A DNA stretch of 64,000 nucleotides from the human T2T-CHM13v2.0 reference genome, Homo sapiens: assembly GCF_009914755.1 (NCBI RefSeq), contig NC_060934.1; one strand, written 5' to 3'. Within the stretch, counting starts at the first letter, position 1. Each line of letters starts with the position of its first letter. A program made the translations under genes and the position numbers. The notes under the pieces were generated by a model, which was not told where the DNA came from, searched no databases, and saw only the letters and a program-made list of their open reading frames with translations. Of the stretch, positions 1 to 14,709 are shown piece after piece.

Positions 1-129
1 GACACATGATAAACAAGTAAACCAATGCAATTACTGTAGATTGTGGTTAGTTCTTTTGAAGGAACTAAACAGGTGCCTCTGGTAGAGATGAACAGGGCAA
101 GTTACTTCAGTTAGGGTGGGTAAATGGTG

Positions 130-470
130 CTGGGCAGAGTTAAACTGGTAGTACCTATTAGGAGAGCAGTTTATCAGTAGCTATCAAAATGTTAAAGGTA
201 TAAACCTTTTAATCCAGTAATTTCCTCTTCTAGAAATCTGCCCTACCAAAATACTAGTATACATGTGCAAGGATTTATGTGTAGGGATATTCATTGCAAC
301 ATTGTCTGTAGTAATGAAAAGTCGAGGCAACCTAAGTGTCCATCAGTAGAGGAGCAGTTAAATTGTACATCCATCCGGTGAACCATCATAGAGTAACATA
401 AGGGAGACATAGGCCACATGTTCCTGTGTAGAAGGATGGCCACAAGATACTGTTCTTTATGCAATTTTAT
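130..470 (+). mobile_element. Old L1 (L1ME-like) 3' region fragment
   Basis: Resembles the L1M ORF2-end/3'UTR consensus (atattcattgcaacattgtctgtagta...caacctaagtgtccatcagtag); by eye. Confidence 0.7.
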
Positions 471-704
471 GTATTCATTTATGTTTCACAGTTATGCATG
501 ATTTAGGCAGTTAGTATAAGGCATTTATATATATTATTTACATATATTGTATTTAGGCATTACACTGTTGCAGAAAGTTTTACAATATGTATGGCTTGAC
601 CCCACTCTTGCTTAAGAAATGTAACTGTGTGAGTGTTGTTTGTGTGTGCATGGAACAGTATGTACCAGATTGGTTTTTCTGTTTTGTTTTGTTTTGTTTT
701 GTTT

Positions 705-1010
705 TGTTGAGACAGGGTCTCGCTCTGTTATCCAGGCTGGAGTGTGGTAGTGTGATCATAGCTCACTATATTGAACAACTGGGCTCAAGCAATCCTCCTG
801 CCTCAGCCTCCCCAGTAGCTGGGACTATGGGCATATACCACCACACCTGGCTAATTTCTTTTATTTTACAATTATTATTATCGTCATTTTTGTAGAGACA
901 GAGTTTCACTTGGTTGTGCAGGCTGATGTTGAACTCTGGGGCTCAAGCAATCCTTCTGCCTCTATCTCCCAAAGTATTGGGATTATAGGCGTGAGCCATC
1001 ATGCCCGGCC
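705..1010 (-). mobile_element. Alu (AluJ-like) with (GTTTT)n tail
   Basis: gagacagggtctcgctctg...ctcccaaagtattgggattataggcgtgagcc is the Alu reverse complement; T-rich tail at 674-708. Confidence 0.95.
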
Positions 1011-1452
1011 TAGAATGTTAACAGCCAGTACCACTAAGGAGTGAAATCAGAAGTGGGAAGAGGTCAGAGTCCCCTTTCTATTAATACTATATCATTTATT
1101 TTCTGTATTATTTGGGTTTGTTGTATCAAGCTTGCATTCCTTTTATCATTTTAGAAATCTGCATTTTTAATACTATTTTACCTCTACTCTCCTAAAATAT
1201 AACAAAAACAGGTGAGCCAGGACAGGGGCCCAGACTCACCATGCAGTGGTCAGTCCTGGTTTCCTCTGTCCCTGCTCATGGCATGGCCACCGCGCTGGCA
1301 GGCAGGCCAGGGACAACGCAGGCCTTCCCCTGGCCACCCCGTGACAGCATCTGTCATCTCAGGGAACGCTGGAGCTGTGGGCCTACGGGGCTTGGGCTCT
1401 CCATGCTGGGCTGGAAGGTTCTGTTCTGAGTGCCCAACCCTGGCTGTGCTGA

Positions 1453-2157
<705 letters not shown>

Positions 2158-2935
2158 AAGGGAGGACACAAGGACATTGGTGCTTCAGAGCCTTTGAAGA
2201 TGAGAAGAGAGTGCAGGAGGGCTGGGGGCCATGGAGGAAAGGCCTAAAGTTTCACTTGGTGACAGAGAGCAGAGCACACTCGGGCCTCATCCCTCCCAAG
2301 ATGCCAGTGAGCCACGTCCATGCCCATTCCGTGCAAGGCAGATATTCCAGTCATATTAACAGAACACTCCTGAGACAGTTGAAGAAGAAATAGCACAAAT
2401 CAGGGGTACTCCCTTCACAGCTGATGGTTAACATTCCACCTTCTTTCTAGCCCTTCAAAGATGCTGCCAGTGTTCGCCCTAGAGTTATTACAAAGCCAGT
2501 GCCAAAACCCAGCCATGGGCTCTTTGCAACCTCCCAGCTGCGCTCATTCCAGCTGACAGCGAGATGCAAGCAAATGCTCAGCTCTCCTTACCCTGAAGGG
2601 GTCTCCCTGGAATGGAAGTCCCCTGGCATGGTCAGTCCTCAGGCCCAAGACTCAAGTGTGCACAGACCCCTGTGTTCTGTGGGTGAACAACTGCCCACTA
2701 ACCAGACTGGAAAACCCAGAAAGATGGGCCTTCCATGAATGCTTCATTCCAGAGGGACCAGAGGGCCTCCCTGTGCAAGGGATCAAGCATGTCTGGCCTG
2801 GGTTTTCAAAAAAAGAGGGATCCTCATGACCTGGTGGTCTATGGCCTGGGTCAAGATGAGGGTCTTTCAGTGTTCCTGTTTACAACATGTCAAAGCCATT
2901 GGTTCAAGGGCGTAATAAATACTTGCGTATTCAAT
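2158..2935 (+). other. SLC29A3: SLC29A3 3' UTR (end approximate)
   Basis: Repeat-free sequence between the TAG stop and AATAAA; cleavage inferred at ttcaa ~15 nt downstream. Confidence 0.85.
2914..2919 (+). terminator. SLC29A3: Polyadenylation signal AATAAA of SLC29A3
   Basis: cgtAATAAAtacttgcgtattcaa, followed by GT-rich sequence (tgatgtctctgtt). Confidence 0.88.
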
Positions 2936-3028
2936 GTAAGCCTCATTGATGTCTCTGTTAGAGTCTTAACAAGCAATGGCACACTCAGATTAGGCAATTT
3001 GAGGATTTTTTAAAATTTATTATTATTA

Positions 3029-3443
<415 letters not shown>

Positions 3444-4497
3444 TTGAGGATGTTTTAAGAGCAGGTGTAGGAACCCCAGGGGGTTGTGCATTCTATCTAA
3501 AAACTAGTAATAGGCCATTCCAGCTCAGGCCTGATGTGGGGAGGGGAGGGAGTCCTAGAACCTAGGGAGTGACTTTGTCTGGGGATGGGATGGCCAGCCT
3601 GCTGTAACCCTGCAGGAGGAAGCTGAAGGAATAAATTCCCTCCATTCATCCTCTGATTTCCATGCCCCTTGGACTAAAGCCCAGCCAGCAGCAGGTGGAG
3701 AGGGTAGAGAGTGGCCTGGAGAAGCAGGAAGGTGTCTGGCCCAGAGTCTCATGCATTGCAGGACCAGCTAGCACCTTGGCTTTCACAGGTTTCTTTTTTG
3801 TGAACATCACTGAAGCTCTGAAGCTTTGAGCAGCAGGATTAGGTGTTGCTTTGTTCTGGTTTGTTGCTAATAGTTGTGTATGTTGAAGCTGTTGTTTCAA
3901 AAGACGACGCCCAGGTTCCATTGCTCTATCTGGGGGGGCTGTGGCCCCTCACACTGGCGATCTCCTGACATGAAGAGTAATTTATATTTTTTTCAGGTGT
4001 CTAGAAGGCTCCCAAAAGCCTATTCCTTGGAAAACAGCATGGCACGGGAATCAGAGAGAGAAAGGAACCAGATCAGACGAGGAGCTCTCTCTCAAGAGTC
4101 CTGCAGAAAGAACAGAACTTACCCCCAAGATGTGGCAACCCTTGGAGCCGTGAATCAGCCCTTTGCTTCTCTGCAGAAACGCACTGGCTCATTGGTGCCC
4201 TGCAGAGGCTGATGAAACAGAAGCAGTCAGTAATCCAGCCGGTGGCAGCAGTTCATGCTCCCCACCGTCTCAGCCTAGTACACATTCCCTCTCCTTGGCC
4301 GAAGAATTAAAGAGGACACCTTGAAAGGGTTTCTGAACTCGATACCTACCAAAAAGAAAAAGTTCTCCCTTCCCTTTGCAGGAGCCTGAAGTCTCCCCCT
4401 TGGTTTTTTCATTGACTTTAGTGCTGCGGATGATTTGGGATGTTGGTCTAGCTGGTGACTCATCTCAACCACAAGTGTTTTAGAAATGAGCAGCATG

Positions 4498-4812
<315 letters not shown>

Positions 4813-4895
4813 AAATGGGCACCATGCCTGCCTTAAAGTAAACCAGCAGTCTCTGAGCTCAGAGATGGGGACCATCTTGGAGCGATCACCTTGCA

Positions 4896-5073
4896 GCTAT
4901 TGGGGAAGGAGTAGTGGGGGTCTCTCATGCTCTGTTGTAGGGGAATGGGCTTTCAAAGAAGTGGAGGTGGCATCTCCATTAGAGAGATGATTTGCAGTTA
5001 GTGTGGAGCACAGGGGGAGTTGGGGGGCCAGCCGTGGTGATGGCAGGGCATAGAGATGATAGACTAAGTTGCA
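4896..5073 (+). repeat. Local direct duplication A, copy 1 (~180 bp)
   Basis: Aligns to 6603-6781 (gctattggggaaggagtagtgggggtctctcatgct...gatgatagactaagttgca). Confidence 0.95.
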
Positions 5074-5542
5074 TCCACTTTGCCAGGGGAGGAGAGGCCG
5101 CTCTGTTGGGAGGGGCTGGCGGCTTGGCTGTTGGGGATCATCCAGGCTTTTGCTCACTCTGCTTGGTTACTCACCTTAGTGGGTACTTCACAGAGGGTCA
5201 TTCCCTCCCAGGGAGGGAGGAAGGAAAATAAAAATCCATCTCCAGGCAGAAGGGTGGATGGGGGAGTTCAGACGTGCTTGTTCCCCCTCCGCCGTGAGAA
5301 GCAGTTCGTGGGCTTTGGCTGCTCTGGATCTCAAGTCTCATGTGAACCCAGCAGGCTTGGAACCAGCTCATATGTTTGGAGGGGTGAACAAAACTCACCA
5401 AAAAGGAGGGGAGTTTTCAATGAGGGAGGTAGAGGGGGTGCCTTGAGAGGTTGTCTTTATCTAAGAGTTCTCTGATTTAATTCCAAATGGCAGTTTTTAG
5501 GGCACCATACACATGTTCATTTTCCTTCTTTTTAATTTTTAA

Positions 5543-6032
<490 letters not shown>

Positions 6033-6602
6033 ATTTTTCTCCTTTATTCAGTTAACAAAGCTACATGAGGGGACTCTTCAACCAGTGGGTGACAGGGATT
6101 TCTGAGAACATGCTTATTCCTACATGCATAGGAGCTGGGGGAAACTTCAACCAGGGGTGGTATTATGAGCAAAGACCCCTCATTCAGCTGCCTTCCACTC
6201 AGTGGAAGACTTCGGCCTCTTCATCAGCTCGGAGGTGATGTGGGCGCTTAACTTCTGAGCCAGTGTCACGCTTTTATAGAGAACTCCACGTAGAAGAGGA
6301 GGCAAAGCCTGTTGACATATTTATAGTACATTCCAGTCGAATGTGAACTGAGAGCCCATGCATGTCTCCACTTGGTGGGCTTTCTGAGTGGGAGTACCTC
6401 GTGCCTATTCTACCATCGTCACTTCCTTGGTGGCAGCATTGTCAGTGCCAGTATGCCTCTGGGCCTGAGTCACTGTTGCTCTTCACCCACTCGCTGAGGC
6501 TGCCTGGTTCCCGGTCTAGCTTTGACTCCAGCAGGATCCTAGAAAGAATTTCTGCCCCACCATCAGGTAGAAGCTAGGACTAGTCAGGTAGCCATAGAGC
6601 TG

Positions 6603-6781
6603 GCTATTGGGGAAGGAGTAGTGGGGGTCTCTCATGCTGTGTTGTAGGGGAATGGCTTTCAAAGAAGTGGAGGAGGCATCTCTGTTAGAGAGATGATTTG
6701 CAGTTAGTGTGGAGCACAAGGGGAGGCGGGGGGCCAGCCGTGGTGATGGTATAGAGCCTGGAGATGATAGACTAAGTTGCA
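6603..6781 (+). repeat. Local direct duplication A, copy 2
   Basis: Aligns to 4896-5073. Confidence 0.95.
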
Positions 6782-7441
6782 CCCAGTTCACCAGCCCCTG
6801 CTGCTGAGGTGACCCCTGCATGGCTCGCTGCTGACAAACCTGTCTTGGAACAGCAGGGTTGTGGGACATGAGACAGAGCTTTAGAGGTCAGGAAGTCTTG
6901 CTCCCAGCCCCACAAGGCACCATCTGTGTGAGTCAACCTTCCTGAGTCTCATTTCCTCATCTGTAAAATAGGGATAATAGTAAGTCCCAGAGCTGTGACC
7001 ATCTGCTGTGCCACTAAGCCAGCCTTTCACCCCAGTCACACCCACTCCCCAGCCCACATAGGCAAGAGATGCACCAGGGGTCACAGCCTTTGCAGCAGGC
7101 AACTCAGGGCACAGTGCACACCCCCTACTGCCACCAGGTTTCTGCCACTCAGGAAGTCCAGGGCAGCCTCCGCCTGAGATGGCGAACTCAACTTCAGGCT
7201 TCCCTGGGCTTGACCCTGAAGGAGAGTGACAAAGGTAGCCATACTCTCTGCCCCTACAAGGTTCCAGCCAGCTGACCCATTGGCCCTGTGCTCTCTGCTA
7301 AGAACAGTTCCGGTGCTTGACTGGAAGTTAGAGGAGCTCCAGGGCCACAGCATAGGGCCAAGGAATTAACAGTCACAGGATTCAGACACTCAGACCGAGG
7401 TTGGAATGCTGTTTCTGCCACCTCCTAGCTGGGTCACTTTA

Positions 7442-7800
<359 letters not shown>

Positions 7801-8478
7801 GAGAAGCCTCTCAGGGCTGTAGAAAGGATTAAATAAGCCCTAATGTTGTATGCAAAGTATCTGGCATATGATAGATCCTCAACAAACTTGGTTTTCTTCC
7901 ACTTTTTGCTGCTGCCTGGACAACTTGTTGCAATGCCAGCTGCTTCCCTATGGCAGGCTGTACCCTGTACCCAGTGCTCAATGGACTTGCCAGGCCCCTC
8001 GCCTGGCCCCCAGGCCTAGAACCTGACACTTGTTTGATGCTCAGGCCCCCTGTCTGGATCTCCCTGCCCAGGCATGCCTGACCTGGGGGCAGGACACACT
8101 GGGCACAAAGCTGGAAATCCAAGACCCCAGACCACTCACTTTGTCCTTTGGACAGGCTGTTTCATTTTTTTTTCTATGCCTCAGCTGGAAAATTGGGCAC
8201 CCCACTACCCATTCTATCACTATCATGAATGCACAGCCATGAACAAAGATGCCCTTTAGAAACCAGTGTAGTTCCAACGGGGTTCCAAGAGCCTGGGCTC
8301 TGGAGCCATTCTGCCTAGGTTTGAGTCCTTACTACTTCCTGGCTGTGTGACTGAAGGTAAGTCCAATCCCCTCCTCCATTTTCTCATCTGAACACTAGGG
8401 GCGATTGTAGTACTGCTCTCATCTCTGGTTATGATGATATACTGGCAATGCACATAAAACATTTGGAATGGAGCCTAG

Positions 8479-8842
8479 TGCTACAGATGAATGTTTGTGT
8501 CCTCCCCAAATTCACATGTTCCAATCCTAACCCCCAACTTGATGGTATTAGGAGGTTGGATGTTTGGGAGGTGATTAGATCATGAGAGTAGAACCCTCAT
8601 GAATGTGATTAGTAACCTTATAAAAGAGTCAACAGAGCTCCCTCACCCCTGTGCCATGTGAGAACACAGTGAGAAGATGGCCCTCTGTCAACCAGGAAGC
8701 AGACCCTCAGCACACACCAAATCTGCTGCAACCTTGATCTTGGATCTTCCAGCCTCTAGAACTGTGAGGAATAAATTTCTATTGTATAGAAGCCACCCAG
8801 GCTATGATATTTTTGTTATAGTAGTGTGAACAGACTAAGACA
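8479..8842 (+). mobile_element. MaLR LTR (MLT1A/MST-like)
   Basis: TG...CA ends; typical motifs tgaatgtttgtgtcctccccaaattc, ccttataaaag, cttccagcctctagaactgtgag, cagactaagaca. Confidence 0.88.
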
Positions 8843-9140
8843 AATGTCAAGGAGCTTGGCTGAACTGTGTTTGTGTTCTAGTGTTTTGTGGCAGGTAGAA
8901 CTTGAGAGTGATGAAACAAGATGTTTAGCTGAGGACATTTCTATGCAATATATTGAAAGTGTGGCTTGGCTTCTCCTAATAACATGTGAGAAAAGAGAAA
9001 TGACTTAAATATGGAATGGTGAAGTAAAAAGGAAGCAGAACTTAAAGATTTGGAAAATCCTCAGCCTATTCATATTGCAAAAAATGAGAACACTACAGGT
9101 GTAGCGTAAACAAATGACTGTTTGCTAAGGAGATCAGAGT
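8843..9140 (+). mobile_element. MaLR internal fragment next to the LTR (probable source of duplication B)
   Basis: gaacttgagagtgatga...gctgaggacatttcta...agatttggaaaatcctcagcct resembles MST/MLT internal consensus. Confidence 0.75.
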
Positions 9141-10084
9141 AGAGCAACAATCCAACCTGGGCTCTGCAATCCACTGCTGGCCATGAGCTTGGGAGCAGGC
9201 CCTGCTTCTGCAGCAGGATGAGTGTGGTCTACATCAAAGTAAAGAGAGGCACTGATCATTGAGCAGCTACTATGGTCAGGCTCTGCCTATGTACAGTATC
9301 CCTGCCAGGTGGGGTGGGTCATCCCCATTTTACAGATGAGGAAACTGAGACTCAGAAAGATTAAGTCAGTAAGAGACCATGTTAGAATTCAGACCAGAGC
9401 TAGGAGGCTCCAAAGCCTGTCTTTCCTCTTCACCCTGCTGCCTTAAAAGATTGAGAAGGGCACTTCCAGTTTACATGGTTTGTGGATCTGAGGACGCCCA
9501 GAGCACATGCTGGGTAGACAGGGTAAGGAGGGGGAGAAGCAGAGTCAGGATGAACTTGTCCCGTGTGAGGGACAGGGGCCACCCAGCCTGCCCTCAGTGC
9601 TTCTATGGTGGCACTGATGGGTCACTGGTCATCAATACCCAAGGCTGCAGATGTTATAGGCACTTGAAACATAAGGTTCATGAAGGCAAGAGCAAGATTT
9701 ACAGAGCATGTGATACAGGCAGAGAGCTTCACCATCTGGATCTCAGGTGCCACATGCCTCAAGCCTGTCCTCTCCAACGTGCCAAGGAACCGTGGGTGGG
9801 TCCACCTTCGCAGACACAGAGAAGAGTAAAGTATGAAGTTCTAGGATAACCATGCCTTCTGTTCCCAACTTAAAACATATGCCTAGAGCTGGTGGGGCCC
9901 TGAGGCCACCAAGTCCAACCTCTGCCCCTCAGCAAGACCATACTTGGGCTACTGTAAACCAGCTGGCACCAGGCCTGTGCTGACCAGCAGTTTCTAACAG
10001 ATTTAAGTTCCGGAGGCCCAAGGAGATTGAACGTCCTCAGTGCTGTTCTTCTTATTTGTTTATTTATTTATTATATATATTTTA

Positions 10085-10243
10085 AGAGATGGAGTCTTGC
10101 TAAGTTGCTGAGGTTGGAGTGCAGTGGCTGTTCGGAAGTGCAATCATAGCTCACTGCAACCTCCAACTCCTAGGCTCAAGTGATCCTCCCACCTCAGCCT
10201 CCCAAGTAGCTGGGACTACAGGCATGTGACACTGTGCCCAGCT
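10085..10243 (-). mobile_element. Alu monomer (FAM/FRAM-like)
   Basis: Single-arm Alu reverse complement. Confidence 0.8.
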
Positions 10244-10324
10244 TTTTAAAAAAATGAAATATAACTATATTTTCCAAAACAAAATATTGGTGAGAAAAGT
10301 GCCATTGTTTTGCAGTTTTTAATG

Positions 10325-10710
10325 TAATTTTTTATTGATACATAATAGAGGTATATATTTTCAGGGTACATATGATAATTTAATACACTGATATCATTTG
10401 TAAAGATCAAATCAGGGCAATTGGGATAGCCATCACCTTAAATATTTGTCTTTTCTTTATACTAGAAACATCTAAATTATTTTATTATTTATTTTTTAAT
10501 TTTTAATAGAGACAGGGTCTCTTTATGTTGCCCAGGCTGGTCTCGAACTCCTGAGCTCAAACGATCTACTCACCTCAGCCTCCCAAAGTGCTGGGATTAC
10601 AGGTGTGAGTCATCGCGCTTGGCCCGAATGATTCTCTTCTAGCTATTTTGAAATGTATGATAGATTATTGTAAAGTGTAGTGAATACTGATCCATCAAGC
10701 ACTAGGTCTT
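10325..10710 (-). mobile_element. L1MA-like 3' end with an Alu left monomer inserted at ~10505-10625
   Basis: ttttattgatacataata...atattttcagggtacatatgata...tcttctagctattttgaaat matches an L1MA 3'UTR. Confidence 0.8.
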
Positions 10711-11954
10711 ACTGATTGCTGTTCCGATTCTGGAAAAAGCCCCCACGTTCCTAGCCCACTTCCTATGCACTCACTCCAGGGTGAAGGATGTGAGGTCCTC
10801 TTCCCAGCACTTTCACCCAACGGCCTCCATCACTACTGCACTAGCCCGCCCCACTCCTTGGAGTTTAACCAGGGCAGAATGTTCTCATGGCTCTAGACTT
10901 CTGATGTCCTTGCTACTTCCTTCTAAGAGTCTTATGTGGGTCTTAATCTGGGGCCTCTGGGTGGAAAGAGGGATTCATGGAACCCCTGAGATCATATGCA
11001 GAAGTTTCTGTGCTTTGGGAGAGGGGCTATAGCTTACATCAGATAGTCAAAGAGGTCTGCATTCCAAGGTTTCCGAGCCCCTGGGTGCCAAGCTACAGTG
11101 ACCCGTCCTGTTTAATGGTGTTCCTGGACAGAGCAATGGACAGAGCACAGTGCTTAAGAGCAGGGACTTAGAAGCCAGACTGCCTGATTTTGAACCCCGA
11201 CTCTATGTCTTATTAGTCAGTGATCTTGGACAGGTTTCTTAACCTCTCTGTGTCTCTGTTTCCTTATCTGTAAAAGGGATTGACAGTGTGTCTATCCTCA
11301 TGGGATTGTTGTGAAGATTAAATGATTTAATCCATATAAAGCTCTCCATCCAGGCTAAATGATTACTTCTCCTCCCATCGCCCTTGGAGGTTGGCAGGGC
11401 AGAGGTTATCCTGACCACTTTTTCAATGAGGAAGAACGACAGAAATAATAGCCCAGTTACAGAGCTCTGCCTGCAAGTGCAGCAGGTCCTGCTGTTTCAT
11501 GAAATCATTGCAAAGAGGAAGTCTGCACACTGCTCTCAGAGGCAGGAGGATTCCTTTTAGAGAGCTGGGGAATAAACCAGATCTATCGACAGTTTCAGTC
11601 CTGGTTAAGTAGTGAGAACCAGTCATCGGTCACAGGATGCAAGAGGTGGCTTTAGGCGTGAGTCAGGAGCCACACACCTGAACTGGCCTGTTAGCATCTT
11701 CACGGTGAACTTCTTGAAGTCCCTCTGTCTAATCAGATTTCCAGAGAAATAGAGGAACTACTGCTTATTGAGCACTATGAACCGGGCAAGTGAATGCATA
11801 ATCTTACTTAATCCATTCAGTCACTAGGTGGAAGGATTATTATCCCCATTTTATATGTGCCAAAACTAAGACTCACATAGCTGCTAAGTGGCAGAACTGA
11901 GATTCAAACCCAGGTCTGCCTGACTCCAAGACTCAAGTGCCTGATGGTCACAAT

Positions 11955-12130
11955 AGCAGCAGTCCTCATTAGAATCACCTGGAGCACTTGGTAAATGCAG
12001 ATTGCTGTATCCACTCCCAGAGTCCCTGATTCCATAGGTCTGGTGTGGGACCTGAGAATTTGTAGTTCCAACAAGTTCCCAGGTGGTGCTGATGCTGCTG
12101 GTCTGAGAACCCCACGAGGAGAACCACTGT
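11955..12130. mobile_element. MER5A-like hAT DNA transposon relic
   Basis: cattagaatcacctggag...aacaagttcccaggtggtgctgatgctgctggtc...gagaaccactg. Confidence 0.85.
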
Positions 12131-13129
12131 GCTAAACCAAAGAGTGATGAGGGGTTGTCATCAGCTCACACCTGGCCCGGGGAGAGAAAGTGAGGGCTTC
12201 ATCTGCTGCTGTTCCATTTGAGGCCTCAGGAACCGGAAAGTCTTTAATGAAGCTAATGCATTGTGGACACTCACTCAACCTTCCTTGAAAATGATCACAG
12301 ATTCAGGGCAGGGCCTTTGCATTTTAAGTGCCAAGCTCATCTTCTTCACCACGCCCCAAGGTTGGCGCCTGGTGGCTTTACTCCTCACTTGTGTCTTTCC
12401 CACCTGCTCCCTTCAGCTGAGGCCCAACACCATCAATATTGAGGAGGGAGGAGGGACAGGGGCGGGGGCGAGACAGTGAGGCTGAGGGGCAAGTCTCAAG
12501 GCATGCGTGCGATGACAGGCTGGAAGGCGCTGTGATCTCACCCCCTCGCAGGCATTCCTGTAACTGGGGAGCAGTGGGTGAGGGGTGCGGGGCTGCCTCC
12601 TACCAGGGTGTAGTCACACCTCCTATCTGTCCTCTGGAATTCATTAGCTGCTGAGGTGATGTTAACTGTTTTTCATTTTCTGAGTCTTTGCTGAGACTCA
12701 AAAAGGGGAAATGAGCCATTACCAACCAGCAACACTTTTTCAAACAGAAACTGAATTGACTGCATTTTCTAATAATGTTGTGTGAATTACGAATGCAGAA
12801 CTCTGGCCTTGTCTTTCAGAAGACAGATGTCTGTGGCTTGCTTTCTGCTTATAAAGCTCTGGGAGAAAGGAATAGGACAGGTCAAATGTCAAAGTGTGCT
12901 GGCCCTGGCCTGTTGTGAGGATGTCGGGAAATTTCCCTTTCCTTGCTTTCTGCTGCTCAAGAACCTCAGGCTCTGCCCTGTTGGGTAAGGAACAGCCACC
13001 TCGATTCTTGAAATAGGGGAGTCAGGACACAGGGCTTGGAATCAGAGAACTCTGAACCTCAGTATCCTCATCCGTAAAATGGAGATATTAATCCTGCATG
13101 CCTCGACATTCTGATCCTGTCAGAGTGCC

Positions 13130-13204
13130 TTGTGAACTGCAAAAAGCGTATCAGATATTAGCTCTTATTATTATCCTGCCCTTAGATCCATTTGCACCCC
13201 ATCC
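13130..13204 (+). repeat. Local direct duplication C, copy 1 (MIR end plus flank)
   Basis: 75 bp with 4 mismatches to 14635-14709. Confidence 0.95.
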
Positions 13205-14634
13205 TATGGGACAAGGAGTCTGTAGGACCAAAGGGACATGATAACCAGGAGCTCACAGCCCTCTTCCCTTCTGCCATGCTCTGGGTACGTGGGACACTTG
13301 AATCCCTTGCCTAAATGGGCTTGAACCTATAAGGAAGGGCTGGGAAGGCCTTTTCCCAGACCCATGGCCCCAAGGGCAGACTGCTAAGGGCACACCTGGG
13401 TGCAAGGAATGGCTGTTTGCAAGGGGTGCAGAGTTGGGACTTATAGGTTGGGATATCTACATTCGTTCACAGGAGACCCTTCTAGATGTGGGACTGAGCA
13501 GAATTCTGAGAAGTCAGAGAATTCTAGATTCCAACCTGACCTTCCAGGTTGTTATAAAGGTATATATGTGTCAAGGTAGAAGGGAGAAGATATTTTAAGT
13601 TTAGTCATTGATGTGTAACTTACATATGAAAACACCTGGTATAGGGCCTCCATTTGTATTATTGTCCTGGGCCCATTTTCATTACTAGAAGTTTGAATTC
13701 ACTTCCTTTGAGCCAGGCAGACCTCTTGCTTTCCTCATTATTTGTACCTCTCTTCCTATTTCCCTCTCCTCTGTCTTCCTAAATATGCATAGCTGAGCCT
13801 TATTAGGATATATAGCCAGGATTGGTAGAGATTTAGGGGGCTCCCTTTCCTCTCTCCCTTTAACCATTTCCCACCCCCTCAGGACATGCGTGACAGATGA
13901 TAGGCAGGGGCCAAGGGTCCTCTCTGGTCAATGGCTGGCCACCTTTTTACCTCTTAAGAGGTTTCAAGATAATGATATCTGTGTAACTTCATGGTAAGAA
14001 GATAGAGCTCCATTCTGCTCCCGCCATGGTAACCCGAAGGTAAGCCAAGAGGCTCCATGTTGGGGTGTGTGTGTGTGTGTTGTGGGAAGCAGGCCTGAGA
14101 AGCCTAGATTTTTGGGCAGAGAACTACAAGAAGAGTAATGTTGCCTGCCCCTGTCCCCATCTCCATCCTGGAAGGGTGCAGGTCCTCAGCTGGCAGCGGG
14201 AGAAAGGCAGCTGGTGAAAGGCAGCAGCCAGCGACTTCACCACTTTGAGTTGGGCCCCTTCTGGTGTAGAACCTGGATCCCCTAACCTCCTTGGCTTGCC
14301 GCTAGCGTGTCATTATCCACGTTTTGCTCCATGTAAAACCCTCTTCCAACATCCCCTTCCTATTCAGACACTGTTTGACAGTGCAGAGACTGGTCCAGAA
14401 ATGGGGTCGCTTGCCTCTGTGAGTCAAGCCTCTCCTGCTCCAGAAAGTAAGATGAGAATAGCTGCTCCCCGCTTGCTTCTTGGGGTCCTGGGAGGATGCA
14501 GCAGTAGTAGAACAGCTTTTGGTACATATCAAATCCTGCTGAACAGCTCATCTCACCTATGCCTGAGATGGCGATAATGCAGAGGAGGAATAGCGCAGGT
14601 GGGAGTACAGAAGTAGCAGGCTTGTGAGAGAGCT

Positions 14635-14709
14635 TTGTGAACTGCAAAAACCCTATCAGATATTAGCTCTTGTTATTATCCTGCTCTTAGATCCATTTGC
14701 ACCCCATCC
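14635..14709 (+). repeat. Local direct duplication C, copy 2
   Basis: ttgtgaactgcaaaaa..tatcagatattagctctt.ttattatcctgc.cttagatccatttgcaccccatcc. Confidence 0.95.

Noticed and set aside
587-895. Alu-derived ORFs (LSPRLECSG..., also at 16285, 22870, 24490, 40010, 55568, 56653, 57090)
   Set aside because: Standard antisense or sense Alu translations, not genes.
6184-6232. Minus-strand CUGAUGA...GAA plus the hairpin cttccact-c-agtggaag, resembling a hammerhead ribozyme or C/D snoRNA
   Set aside because: No stem II/GAAA geometry for a hammerhead, and the C-to-D box span (~45 nt) is too short for a snoRNA. An Infernal/Rfam hit would be needed.
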